DNA of 63,812 nucleotides, counting the filler, from Octopus bimaculoides (lineage: Eukaryota): assembly GCF_001194135.2 (NCBI RefSeq). It is 8 parts of 8 records of this genome, joined end to end, with 100 filler letters (N's around TTAATTAATTAA, not from the genome) between each part and the next. Parts side by side here need not be neighbours in the genome. Positions count along the whole stretch, not along the records: positions 20,627 to 29,721 come from NC_068991.1; positions 29,822 to 45,691 come from NC_068985.1; 6 more parts are not named here. One strand, written 5' to 3'. The notes below the pieces were generated by a model. The model saw only the letters and a list, made by a program, of their open reading frames with translations, was not told the origin of the DNA and did not search any database. Below, one piece after another: positions 26,933 to 39,722 of the stretch. Positions within the stretch are counted from its first letter, which is position 1. The number at the start of each line of letters is the position of its first letter. Both the position numbers and the translations under genes were made by a program.

Positions 26933-27380
26933 CATATGTGCGCGACATGGTGATCTCATATCAAGATAAACAGCGCATGACCTCGCAGGTGGGGCCCAGT
27001 TAGAATTTTCTTCAGGTCGAGTAGCCCATTCCGCTCAAAAGGTCCCCTGAGTAAGTTTTGTTTAAAGATGTTGAGCAAAATACCCATGTTTCCAAAGGTG
27101 AATTATTCAAACCCTAAAGAATTCTTCTCAACACATGGCTATGATGCTCCTCCACTACTTCTGCTCATGATCAGAGATGCACATATCGTCAGCCACCAAG
27201 GGACATGCTCAACTGGTTAAGGTCAAACAACTGACAAGCAAATCTGTGGTATTTAGCAGAATATTTGCTGTAGCCCATCTTTTATACCAAGACAAAACAA
27301 TGTACATGATAACACTTCCAATCAGTTAAGATCAGAAGCCATGAGACATGAGAGCCACTGCCTGATATTGCATCCGGGCA
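26933..27380. mobile_element. Non-autonomous (TTA)n-associated element, left-truncated copy
   Basis: Highly similar to 60066-60621 and 60986-61505; no ORF. Confidence 0.85.
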
Positions 27381-27401
27381 GTATCATTATTATTATTATT
27401 A

Positions 27402-27463
<62 letters not shown>

Positions 27464-27577
27464 TCCATATACACACAACAGATTAGACTGTTGGAAAAGA
27501 AAAAAATCCTATTATCGGGCTACAAGTAACCTTAAATGCCAAGAACCCCTTATAAATATCTTAGCTGTCCCTAATAA

Positions 27578-27633
<56 letters not shown>

Positions 27634-27634
<1 letters not shown>

Positions 27635-29074
27635 TTGTTTGGATTTTGTTATGTACTTGCACAAGTTGACACCAAATCTCACCCAGAAACCTCAAGGGAC
27701 AACAGGTTTGAAGTTCATGTTTGTGTTATGACTAAGGTGCCATATTTTTGGTTTTGCACAAATTATTATTCTGGCGATTGTCTGCGTAAACACAAGAAAA
27801 TTAGAAGTTTGTTTTAAAAGTAATTTGATTATAAGACAATAGTGTGATCTTAAGATGACAGTAAAAGGCATTTGCTATTATGTACATTTAAAAGTACTTT
27901 TTACAATATTTACTGATTGAAATGTTTTGGGAATTGCATAGACAATATTTTTCGTAGGATATGTGTAGTTCTCATGAGCACTACTTTTTGAATTTCGTTC
28001 ATTTTTGGTTTCCTGGTATCTAAGATAAGTACCAATCAGCCCCTTTGCTATCATTTCTGGGGCACCTATAACAAAAGGTCTTGTTTTAATCTCGATGTTC
28101 CACGTTTTGCTGTTTTCTATTTCAAGGTCTTTATATTTGCTCAGTTTTGGATAGGTCATGACAGATAGATTTATGTCGATTGGGACAGTCATATCGATGA
28201 AGAGGCAGGATTTTTGTCTGAAATCCTTCAATATAATGGCTGGCTTATTTGCATTTATTTTTCTGTCAGTTTGAACAGTAAAGTTCCATAGGAGTGAGAT
28301 GGGATCATTTTCAAGCACCGGAGGCGGTTTGTGTCCCCATTAGTTTTTATCATGGGTCAGGTACAAGTCTTTGCAAATTACCAACGAATATACTGTGCTG
28401 CTCTATCATGTTTGCTAAGATACTCTGTCGGCGCAAGAAGGCCGAATATAGAGACAATATGATTGATGGTTTCATTTTGTTGTTTACGTACAAGACGTGT
28501 TGAGCTACTGCCGTCCTTTAAGATGTTGGTCTGGTAGCTTCATGTAGGTAGGCATTGATCCTGGGCTGCCATGATAAACCCATTTGTCTCTAGTTTTAAG
28601 CCAGAAGACGCTAGTCATTGACGGGTAAGGGCTTTGTCAACATCAGTATGATTAGCTCTCTTTGGGTATTTTCCATTGAGAGGTTTTCCTTGTCATTTAT
28701 CAGTAAGAATATCTAGGGCAGCAGTTTTAACAAGGGTTTTCATACGCTTAGCTTTTATTGTGCTCGTTTCCAGTACATCTTATTCTGGGACTTTGTTGTA
28801 TTTGGAATTCGCTTAGATATGTTCTTGCTTGTTTTGTTACTGAGTATGCGGTTTTCTTCTTCTCACGCTTTAGGACAAGCTTCAGCATTCAGTCATCAGA
28901 GTTTTTCAGTTAAATGTTTAGGCCAATTGTGGCAATCTTCATTGTAAGAGTCAACGGTCACTCTCTTTTCTTTGCAAGTAAAGTCGTTCTACATCTGCCT
29001 TAGGCTGTTGCATTCTGTTCATTGTCAGCAATTTTCCTATTTTTCTGTCAAGCTTACATATTTCAGTAATTGAC

Positions 29075-29076
<2 letters not shown>
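27634..29076 (-). mobile_element. R4/Dong-type non-LTR retrotransposon, 5'-truncated and degraded (post-RT region, restriction-like endonuclease, 3' UTR, (AAT)n tail)
   Basis: PKADVERLY..., GFIMAAQDQCLPT, LLWNFTVQTDRKINANKPAIILKD..KSCLFIDMTVP...KLSKYKDLEIE...FVIGA; several stops; (TTA)n on both sides. Confidence 0.9.
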
Positions 29077-29156
<80 letters not shown>

Positions 29157-29158
<2 letters not shown>

Positions 29159-29421
29159 ATAGTCTTATTTTTATCACGCGCTTTCATTGCACTACCGAGC
29201 GCAGCTCTGTGTGCCTTAGGTATGTGCTATGGTTTGTTGTGATGCTCTTATCGTTTCTGTATTGAAAGCGTTTTACGTAGGACGTGTGCGGTGCCTAGTA
29301 GTGATATTTTCTGTATGTTATATATATTTGTTAGTCCTGGTGTTTTTGTTATGTATTTGTCTGAATATGTTTTTATCATACCTAATGCACCTACTATGAT
29401 AGGAATTGCTTCTGCTTTTAG
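29157..29421 (-). mobile_element. R4/Dong 3' end, second subfamily, copy 1
   Basis: LKAEAIPIIVGALGMIK..SDKYITKTPGLTNIYNIQKISLLGTAHVLRKTLSIQ, then 3' UTR and (AAT)n. Confidence 0.85.
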
Positions 29422-29491
29422 AATTATTATTATTATTATTATTACTATTATTATTATTATTATTATTATTACTATTATTATTATTATTATT

Positions 29492-29721
29492 CAGTAGTTT
29501 TATTTTTATAACGTGCTTTCACTTCACTACCGAGCGCAGCTCTGTGCGCCTTGGGTATGTGCTGTGGTTTGCTGTGGTGCTCTTATGTTTACTGTATTGA
29601 AAGTGTTTTGCGTAGAATGTGTGCAGTACCCAGTAGTGCAATTTTCTGTATGTTATATATATTTGTAAGTCCTGGTGTTTTTGTTATGTATTTGTCTGAA
29701 TATTTTTTTATTATACCTAAG
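29492..29721 (-). mobile_element. R4/Dong 3' end, second subfamily, copy 2 (runs into scaffold join)
   Basis: Similar to, but not identical with, 29157-29421; separated from it by (ATT)n. Confidence 0.85.
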
Positions 29722-29765
29722 NNNNNNNNNNNNNNNNNNNNNNNNNNNNNNNNNNNNNNNNNNNN

Positions 29766-29777
29766 TTAATTAATTAA
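29766..29777. other. Artificial six-frame-stop scaffold linker
   Basis: 44N-TTAATTAATTAA-44N. Confidence 0.95.
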
Positions 29778-29824
29778 NNNNNNNNNNNNNNNNNNNNNNN
29801 NNNNNNNNNNNNNNNNNNNNNTAC

Positions 29825-29860
<36 letters not shown>

Positions 29861-30109
29861 GTATATATATATATATACACACATATATAGGCGCAGGAGT
29901 GGCTGTGTCATAAGTAGCTTGTTTACCAATTATATCGTTCCGGGTTTATTCCCACTACGTATATATATATATGTTTGTATATAGATATACCTATATATAC
30001 CAATACATACATACATACACACACACACACTCAGACGCACACATGATGTTATAGCAGTTATATTTAATCTGAGATTCCATTTATCTCTATTCTGGGTGTC
30101 ATGTTTAAT

Positions 30110-30260
30110 TTAAAATTAATCTTGAAGCTGTGCAACCAAGAGCTGTACCTGCTGCCCAACAATGTCTACCTTACCAGGAAGGGGACCCAATCAGTCTCAT
30201 CACATATCCAAAGAAGCAATTTGGAAATCCCCAAAAAGCGTAGATAACAATGACTTCATA
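30110..30260 (+). mobile_element. Highly degraded CR1/L2-like LINE fragment
   Basis: LEAVQPRA....LPYQE resembles the LEAVQRRAT...LPY.ERL motif. Confidence 0.35.
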
Positions 30261-30487
30261 ATTTAGCTCAATAAGAACCATGTTAAAGTTTTTAAGATCT
30301 GCAATCTAAGTTCCGTGGTCTGATCAATATAGGGCTGTAGACAGACCATAGTTAAACTCCAGGTTCAGTGATTATGCGAATGAGGAATCCAACGCAAATC
30401 ATATATCAGCATGTGTGTATATAAGAACATTTTCAGAATGAGATAAAAATCCAAGGCTGTGAAAGATTTCAGAAGATTCATAAATAG

Positions 30488-30535
30488 GTCTTACAGCTGT
30501 TTCCGTGATAATGTATATATCCCTTCATCGGAGAC
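30488..30535 (-). ncRNA. Degenerate minimal type I hammerhead ribozyme (Penelope-type)
   Basis: GTCT-CCGATGA-A-GGGATA-tatacat-TATCAC-G-GAAAC-AGCT-GTA-AGAC: stem I 4 bp, stem II 5/6 bp, one C-G pair closing palindromic AGCT, GUA triplet; core U4 changed to C. Confidence 0.65.
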
Positions 30536-31514
30536 GGTGTGAGAAAATGGTTAAGCCATTCTAGATAAGATATGAAATAGAGAGTGAAGTGTAGGAACGA
30601 CAGGAAAAAAATATAGGCGTAGACGATCTCTGAATCCAAAGTGGTACAAATCCAATAAAGACTCTACAAATGGTTTCTAAGTCTAATTAATTAAACCAAG
30701 AAAATGAAAAAAAGTAATACTTTTAAAATCAGAATTAGGCTTTCGTTTGAAATCATCATGTTATTAACTTTGAATTACGGTATTTGTTACGTTTTAGTAG
30801 ATAATGTATTGTTTTTTAATTTTTTAATCTTTTAATTGGATATCTCTATTATTCATTGTAGTTAGCAGACTTTGTTTCATTAACTGTGTGTAGTTTAGAC
30901 TGTAATGGCAATTGTCGTTATCAAATATTTATATATTGTGAATATGTTATTTCATTCAACGTTGGAGTTGGAGTTTTACCTATATATATTTTTTTCTGGT
31001 TTTGAATAGTCTGGCGTTCGGGTAGTTTCCTTCTATCATCATTTAATTGTTTGTTCCTGTCTGGGCTTTAAAAGGTCTTTATATTTCTTTGTGTTGGTCG
31101 AATCTATTCATTCCAATAATGAATTCCTGAAAAAAAACCTAATTTTGATTTCAAAAAGATTATTTTGTTTCGTTTTGGTTTGGAAATAATTAGGTTTGGA
31201 AGCAATGTGCAGGACCTTTATTGCATGTGTACCAAATTTAGATCAAAAGATCGTTTACGCGTATATTTTTCCTTTCCTTAGTTTATTTATTGATTATACC
31301 AATACTGAACTTATAGTTTTTCTTATATATTCTCTGCTTGGATTGAACCGGTAGATTTGAATCTTTTACATCCTTTTGAAGGATTTTGGTCCATACTTCC
31401 TTTATACAAACACACACATACATACACGCGCGCGCGCACACACACACACACACGCACGCACGCACACACACACACACACACAGACATATATATATATGTA
31501 TATATATATATATA

Positions 31515-31635
31515 CACGCTGGCTGCTTTTAGCTTCCGTCTACCAAATCTATAGTAGAAGACACTTATTCCGGGTGCTATGCATTGGGACTGAGCCCGAA
31601 ATCATGTGGTTCGCAAGCAAGTTTATTACCTGGTT
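31515..31635 (-). mobile_element. SINE family A fragment
   Basis: TTCCGTCTACCAAATC...GGGACTGAGCCCG...CATGTGGTT. Confidence 0.7.
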
Positions 31636-32289
31636 GTGAATATTTTGTACAGTGTCCGCTCAAATGATTCTAAGTAAGCTTTCATTTAAATTCTGTTTTC
31701 TTTTGGGTTGAACTCGTTTTACTATTCTTGGTTTCTTTGCTTTTGGTGGTTTTGTTATGTTTATGATAGAAGGTATTGATACTGTATGACTGTTCTTCAT
31801 AGGCATTCTATTTCTAATGTTGGTCACACTTGTCTAAGTGTTAGAGTTATGGAAATAATTGTTTAACACATTACATCGTATATTAATCGTTTACAATCAT
31901 GACACTGCACCTTTACTTCGAGAATAAAGTGTCTTTAGATGTGGTCTTTTAAAAATGTATTTCCAATTACATATATATGTCTCATGAATTAAATACATAT
32001 ATTTATATTTATGGACCAGAATATAAATACATTGGAGATAAATAACAACTCTCTACACCTTATTTTCATTTTCATAATTACGGAGGTATTTCTCATTATT
32101 GGAGAGAATTATAATTTACACCAACAAAATATTATTTTTTTAATGATTTTTATGAGAGTTACGCTAATACCGGAAAAGACTTATTTTCTTTCATTAGTAA
32201 GACATTTTTGAAATATCAACAAGGAAAACATTCTATGCATTTTCGAATCACATACGAATCAAATTAGTATTACTGTGTTCTATAAATTA

Positions 32290-32597
32290 TATCCACTTTT
32301 GTGCCAATAACAACAATACGGCACAATTATTTCACCTCAATTGGTTCCGCTCTCTTTAACATTATACCAAAACATATTAAAGCAGAACCAGACCCCATAT
32401 AGTTCAAGAATTTTTTGGACAAAGTTCTTCAAAAATTCCCGGATAAACCTCCTACACGCGGATATGTCTGCGTAAACAATAACGCTCTCCTCGAGCTAGC
32501 CATCTTGTCCGATTCCTGATTTGAATGGCTTTGACAGGTAGTGCTATTAAGTTAAATATGGCCTGGGCCAATACTGGCCGAATCCTATCAAAGTATC
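32290..32597 (+). mobile_element. CR1/L2-like LINE 3' end with (ATCAAAGT)2 tail
   Basis: RHNYFTSIGSALFNIIPKHIKAEPDPI*FKNFLDKVLQKFPDKP matches the GP.LFN..P...FK..LD..L...PD.P C-terminal motif. Confidence 0.6.
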
Positions 32598-32983
32598 AAA
32601 GTATATATATNNNNNNNNNNNNNNNNNNNNNNNNNNNNNNNNNNNNNNNNNNNNNNNNNNNNNNNNNNNNNNNNNNNNNNNNNNNNNNNNNNNNNNNNNN
32701 NNNNNNNNNNNNNNNNNNNNNNNNNNNNNNNNNNNNNNNNNNNNNNNNNNNNNNNNNNNNNNNNNNNNNNNNNNNNNNNNNNNNNNNNNNNNNNNNNNNN
32801 NNNNNNNNNNNNNNNNNNNNNNNNNNNNNNNNNNNNNNNNNNNNNNNNNNNNNNNNNNNNNNNNNNNNNNNNNNNNNNNNNNNNNNNNNNNNNNNNNNNN
32901 NNNNNNNNNNNNNNNNNNNNNNNNNNNNNNNNNNNNNNNNNNNNNNNNNNNNNNNNNNNNNNNNNNNNNNNNNNNNNNNNNNN

Positions 32984-33032
<49 letters not shown>

Positions 33033-33570
33033 ATATATATATATATTTGCATCTGCATGTGTATGTGTGTGTTTGAAATGACACAAGTACGAAACTTTTA
33101 TATTCGGGCTTTAAGTTTCTGTGGCATCAATTTAGTGTATGTTGCATTTCATCAGCTTTTACACGTTTAGTGCATACTTACGGAGGTCTTACACAAGATA
33201 TTTTCAATCTAGTAGGTGCCCTCCTTTAAATATAAAAAGGAGTCTTGTTTCAAGCAACACTGTGTACTTCTGTGTTGTACATATTGTATCTATGGATAAG
33301 ACTGACCAACAGCCGATTAAATGCAACGTTCATTGAATAGATGCTTCAAAAATTCAGTCCTCAATGAAACGGTTTCTTCGCTGAGGAACTTGATATCTGT
33401 AGTCTAGCAATTTCCAGTGTTGCTGACGTCAAATTATGTTGTTGACGCATCATTATTGCGGTAAATACATGGTATATAACAACGATTACAATCCATGAAG
33501 TATTTCAGCTTAATCCTTGATATAAACTGTACGCATGCAGTTGTTTAATTTTCAAAGAGAAATTCATACA

Positions 33571-34052
33571 GGCGCAGGAATGGCTGTGTGGTAAATAGCT
33601 TGCCTACCAACCACATGGTCCCGGGTTCAGTCCCACTGAGTGGCAACTTGGGCAAATTTCTTCTTACATAGTCTCGGGCCGACCAGAGCCATAAGAGTTG
33701 ATTTGGTAGACGGAAACTGAATGAAGTCCGTCGTATATATATATATATATATATATATATNNNNNNNNNNNNNNNNNNNNNNNNNNNNNNNNNNNNNNNN
33801 NNNNNNNNNNNNNNNNNNNNNNNNNNNNNNNNNNNNNNNNNNNNNNNNNNNNNNNNNNNNNNNNNNNNNNNNNNNNNNNNNNNGTGTGTGTGTGTGTGTG
33901 TGTGCTGGTGTGTTTACGTGGCCGTAATTTAGCTGTTAAGCAAAAGAGACCAATAGAATAAGTACTAGGCTTACAAAGAGTAAGCCCTTGTGTCGATTTG
34001 TTCGACTAAAGGCGGTTCTCCAGCATGGCCCCAGTCAGATGCCTGAAACAAA
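33571..34052 (+). mobile_element. SINE family A, near full length, interrupted by an N-gap in its internal microsatellite
   Basis: GGCGCAGGAATGGCTGTGTGG...CAGCATGGCCCCAGTCAGATGCCTGAAACA. Confidence 0.85.
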
Positions 34053-35180
34053 TAAACAAATAAAATAATAAAAGAATATATGTTGAAATACCCAGGCTAG
34101 ATCAGTAGATGCAAAGTCTTTAGATATCAGAGAAAAAGACAGAAATTTATGGTATTATTTTTAATTTTGCAGTAAGAATTGTTTCATTGCGAAAAGGGAA
34201 ACACATTTTATCATCATAGATATTAATGATGGTTTCAAATTTTGGCACAAGACCAGCAATCATGGAGGGGGAAAGTCGATTGTAAACGATCCCAGTGGGA
34301 GACTTTGCATGCCAGACAACTTGTGCAATGTAGGTACGGCGGCATCTGATTCTCACTTTACCGAGGGAATAATGGAAGTTGACCACGATCTGATAAATCA
34401 GCTTGAAGTCCTTTTTTCTTATATTTCAACTCCAGAGGATTCTCTCGACCATATTTAAAATTCAAGTTGGATGTTTGTGTACTTCGTCCTTTAATTCATC
34501 TCCAAATGCCGATGTGAAATTTGTTTTAGAGTACTGAGATCTGTCAGAATCATTCTAATACCGCGTATGTTCTTTCTTTAATTTGCCGCTTTGAAATGTA
34601 ATACACGAGACTGTCATACATTGTATTAAATTATTTTCGGTACCATTGATTATTCAGATGGCAATTCAATATTTGTTTTGTATATTGCAATAACGTTTTC
34701 TAAGCAGACGTCTCTCAGGTAAATATGTATTTTTTAATATCTACTTCTAAGAGATTGCTAATATATTGTCTTTTTACTACAACATATTGTTTAAAGATGA
34801 AACACATATTGATTTCCAAATGTTGCTTATATCGTAATTTCTTGCAAGGAAAGCCAATGCCATGAAGTGTGGCATAAAATATTTCAAAACTGTAATACTT
34901 ATTTCGAAAAAATATTAGTTTTGAGATCTGATTAATTTCCCCACATAGACACGGCATTACTGAAAAAAAAATACCATAATTAAAAATGACAAATAAAAAT
35001 TTGCCAAAAATCAATCAAATGAAACAGTACTCAAAATTATAACAAGCAAAAATGTAAATGGGGAACAGAAAATAGACACTTCAAATTTAATTTCAAGGAA
35101 ACTTTGTTTCGGGTTGTCTGCTCATTTTGGCGTAGCACATATTTTATTTTCCACTGACTGAAAGACGTGTGTGTGTGCGT

Positions 35181-35257
<77 letters not shown>

Positions 35258-35922
35258 TGTGTGTTTGTGTGTGTGTATGTGTGTGTATGTATGTGTGTGT
35301 ATGTGTGTGTGTGTGTGTGTGTGCGTGTGTGTTTGTGTGTGTGTGTGTAAGAAAAAGTTTAAAATAATGGTCATTACATACTTTTCATTATTGGAGCAAA
35401 TATGGCTAACAACTGTTTCTAGTAGTCATTATACAACAGGTACATTACTGCTAAGTTTACTCAACTAGTCTATTGATCAATTGAGGAAAATAGAACGTCC
35501 TAAGAAAATTAATGCTACTTTCGTTAGAGCCATTTTTGTTGTAAGGAGGAATGGCAATTGTATGGAGAATGAAGGGGACAAGAACAAGGAAAAAAGGCAA
35601 GTAAAATAGAGAACCGAAGAAAGATGACAAAGGAGTGGAAGTAGGTAAGGGGGTGGTATAATACTCATTTATTAGAAGCAGGATCATTGTATTGACAAAC
35701 TTAAGAAAAGGGACAGTCCTAAAACATTAGCGTTTATAGTCAGGTCAAAACATATTACCATATAAATATTGTATGTAGGTTAGATATTGCACAGCCATTG
35801 TGTTGATATTTGATATGGGCTTTTAATGGACATGGTCACTCTCAGACAGTAATGTTCAATTGCTGTTCTGTAGCATAGGAGAATTATATTGTTCGATATA
35901 TATCTCTGTGTCTGTGTGTGTT

Positions 35923-36012
<90 letters not shown>

Positions 36013-38120
36013 NNNNNNNNNNNNNNNNNNNNNNNNNNNNNNNNNNNNNNNNNNNNNNNNNNNNNNNNNNNNNNNNNNNNNNNNNNNNNNNNNNNNNNNN
36101 NNNNNNNNNNNNNNNNNNNNNNNNNNNNNNNNNNNNNNNNNNNNNNNNNNNNNNNNNNNNNNNNNNNNNNNNNNNNNNNNNNNNNNNNNNNNNNNNNNNN
36201 NNNNNNNNNNNNNNNNNNNNNNNNNNNNNNNNNNNNNNNNNNNNNNNNNNNNNNNNNNNNNNNNNNNNNNNNNNNNNNNNNNNNNNNNNNNNNNNNNNNN
36301 NNNNNNNNNNNNNNNNNNNNNNNNNNNNNNNNNNNNNNNNNNNNNNNNNNNNNNNNNNNNNNNNNNNNNNNNNNNNNNNNNNNNNNNNNNNNNNNNNNNN
36401 NNNNNNNNNNNNNNNNNNNNNNNNNNNNNNNNNNNNNNNNNNNNNNNNNNNNNNNNNNNNNNNNNNNNNNNNNNNNNNNNNNNNNNNNNNNNNNNNNNNN
36501 NNNNNNNNNNNNNNNNNNNNNNNNNNNNNNNNNNNNNNNNNNNNNNNNNNNNNNNNNNNNNNNNNNNNNNNNNNNNNNNNNNNNNNNNNNNNNNNNNNNN
36601 NNNNNNNNNNNNNNNNNNNNNNNNNNNNNNNNNNNNNNNNNNNNNNNNNNNNNNNNNNNNNNNNNNNNNNNNNNNNNNNNNNNNNNNNNNNNNNNNNNNN
36701 NNNNNNNNNNNNNNNNNNNNNNNNNNNNNNNNNNNNNNNNNNNNNNNNNNNNNNTATATATATATATATTTATATATAGAATCAAAATGAGCAACATGAT
36801 AACAAGACGTTATGCAGTACGACCGTTTCAAGCGGCTTCATTTAATTGAACAGTGCAATCATTATGTCAATTTAAATGCAGAGCTATCATCAGCTGCACA
36901 AATAAGTAGACTTTTAATCAGTTGGGCACAATATAATCTTTCTCAAATGGTGTAACAGGGAAAGAAGCTGGAAGAAATCCATGTTATCACTGTTGTAGCT
37001 AGAAATAGACTCTTCGTGTGTGTGTGTATGTGTGGTGGTTGCCTACCCCTTATGCAGAGTCTATTCTTAGTTACAATAGCGACAAACGGATGAGAAAAAT
37101 TATATTGATGCGTCTCTGTATCCTATTTCATGTTTTTAACGATAATATAGGGAACTTCATGAGACAGCAACATACAGAAATTTAAAAAATGCAAAAATTC
37201 ACGTTGAGTTAGATCATCGAACGAACAAACAACAGTGAGGTGGATGTACAGAGAAAACAAAAGACGAAGATAAACTTTAAGAGCCATAAGGCCAAGACGA
37301 ATTGTGATGGGTAACGCCCGGGAGAAATAATTAATTGTACTCTAGAAAAGGATAGAGTAACACATCAGATCAATGTAAAATCGTTTCTATTATACCTGAA
37401 TATAAAAACAAAGCTTTCATATATATATATATACACACAACCTACATACTCTAAAATCTCATATCCGATAATATCGATAATGTTGCAAGGAGATTCACGA
37501 GCCATGATAGCTCTGACAGCACTACTACATGCCGTGAAATCGGGGTGTGTCTGTTTATTTGTTGAATTATAATATTCTATAATCGATCTTTAGAGGAAAT
37601 TTCATCCAGGTTTTAAGTTTGTTTGATTTATAGTGCGTATAATAGGGATTGTTTTTTGTAAAAGCTAGAAATTCAACCAGACAACGGCATGCAGAAATAT
37701 AACTATTTATTTCTCTTTTTAAAATTAATGGTACTTTTAACAATTACATATTACTATTTTCTATATGAAGATGAGTGTTCTCATAAATATTGATTTGGTG
37801 CAGGTGTCCTCTGTCATAACGGATTATATGATAATATTTGGTTGCGATGTCAAATGCAAGGCGATTATAAAAACTTTACACCTGACCATAAATCTTCTTA
37901 ACTCCTACATTAATGTTTTTTCTTCTAATTTTTAGGCTTTTCTTCTGTATATATAGTAACAATTTTTGCCCCTTTAAGAAACCTCAATGATCGGTAGAAT
38001 TTGGTGGCGTAGAAATTTTAAGATATACCAATATACGGAAAAGTATTCAACGTATCAAATTAGAGATTATCTTTATAGATTTTACTTGTGCATGTTTTAA
38101 TGCATAGAAATGAGAATTTG

Positions 38121-38747
38121 TACAACGAGGGTACACAAGAAACTGGAATTTATCAATATTGTTTTATTCAGTTAGTTTTGCATGTTTGTACATTTATCAT
38201 CTTCACAGTATTCTCCATTTGAAGCAATGCGTCGGTCCAAACACGTTTTCCACTTTTCGAAGCAGTGCTGAAACTCTTGCGAAGTGAAGCCTTTTAACAC
38301 TTCCGTCGTTTTTTTTTTCTTAACCTCTTCTACATCTGGAAATTCCGTAGCATCAGCTTTCACATCACCAGTAATGACCTTCGAAAAAAAGGTTCGAATC
38401 AACTTCCAATTCTTCTTTCAATTCACGACACGCAGTCATGATTGCTTTTGATCTTCTATCAGCAAGCGAGGCATAAATTTTGCTGCGATTCCTATGTTAA
38501 AATTCGTTGGCAGGATCTCCAGGACACACGAGTTATAGCAACAATTTCGTCAATAAAACGAACAGTGCGGAATCACTGCAAAACAAAAACGCATCAAGTC
38601 ACCATACGATCCCAATTAACACCAAAGTTCGGCAGAATGACGACCCTGAGGGTCACATGAAGTGGCTTCTAACGGCGGAAGCTTGAACTACAACGGGATT
38701 GTCACACAGAGAAGGTTTCCGGTTACGTTTGAGTACCTCCACGTATA
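38121..38747 (-). mobile_element. Internally deleted mariner derivative with degenerate TIRs
   Basis: FFSKVITGD joined to FPDVEEVKKK.TTEVLKGFTSQEFQHCFEKWK..LDR.IASNGEY; ends TACAACGAGGGTACACAAGAAACTGGAA and TTCCGGTTACGTTTGAGTACCTCCACGTATA. Confidence 0.8.
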
Positions 38748-39709
38748 TCCCAGAAAACTGGGATAACTGTAGCGTTGATATAATCAAACTATTTATACAA
38801 CTGTACAGAGTTTATCGTTTAACCCAACAATAAAGAGGTTTCAGATTTTCCTACCCATGTTACTCTCTGTTAGTGTGAGACGTATAAAAAGAATCAGAAA
38901 GCGTGCATTAGTTGATCAAATTGAATATAGTCGATATGGTGGAAAAATTTTATATCAAAGATAAATTTGATACCTTTTACGGCATATCTAAAATATTGCT
39001 TGGAGAATTCGTCATAATGACAATACTGATTAGATAAAAATAATTCTTGCATTTGTCAACTCGATTAATGTTACATTAAATAGTGCACAATTAGGAAACG
39101 ATATGTCTTTAAAAATACTGGCAAAAAGAAAGCAAATTTCCCGCCTCATTGGGCAACGAAAATACAAATGATCGAGACCTATGACATTTTCTGCCGTAAA
39201 CGTGTGTGTTTAAAAAGGATATAGCAGCTAATTCCGTGCAAAATTTCTCATTGATCGATCGTGTGTCAGGCACGAGTTAAATGTATGACAGTGATTTATG
39301 GATTTTACTTCTAATTAAGCGAATATTTTAGAAGTGGTTAAAGTTAAATATCACGCATTTGCAGGAGTTTAGCAAAAGCATTTTGAATTTTAAATGACGG
39401 TTTATTAGTTTCGTATGTTGCATAATTGATGTTATATTTTATTCAATCGACAAATAATACTACATAAAGATTGTACCAAACCAAATAGTTTGTATTCAAA
39501 AGTGAGTCTGATATGTTTTAAAAGATAAAAAGTAAAGAGACTTCAAACAGTCCACAAGGTAGGAAGTGCAACTTACTTTTAAAACATAAAATGTGTTTAT
39601 TCAAATAAAATTACGCATTTAATGGAAACTAAAATTAAAAAAAAAAAACATATTAGCTTGAATGTCAGTGAGAATATACAGCTACTGAAATTGATAATTA
39701 AAAGGACTT

Positions 39710-39722
39710 CCAGCAGATGGCA
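39710..39722 (+). promoter_or_regulatory. CTCF-like core motif
   Basis: CCAGCAGATGGCA fits CCASYAGRKGGCR exactly; motif match only. Confidence 0.25.
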
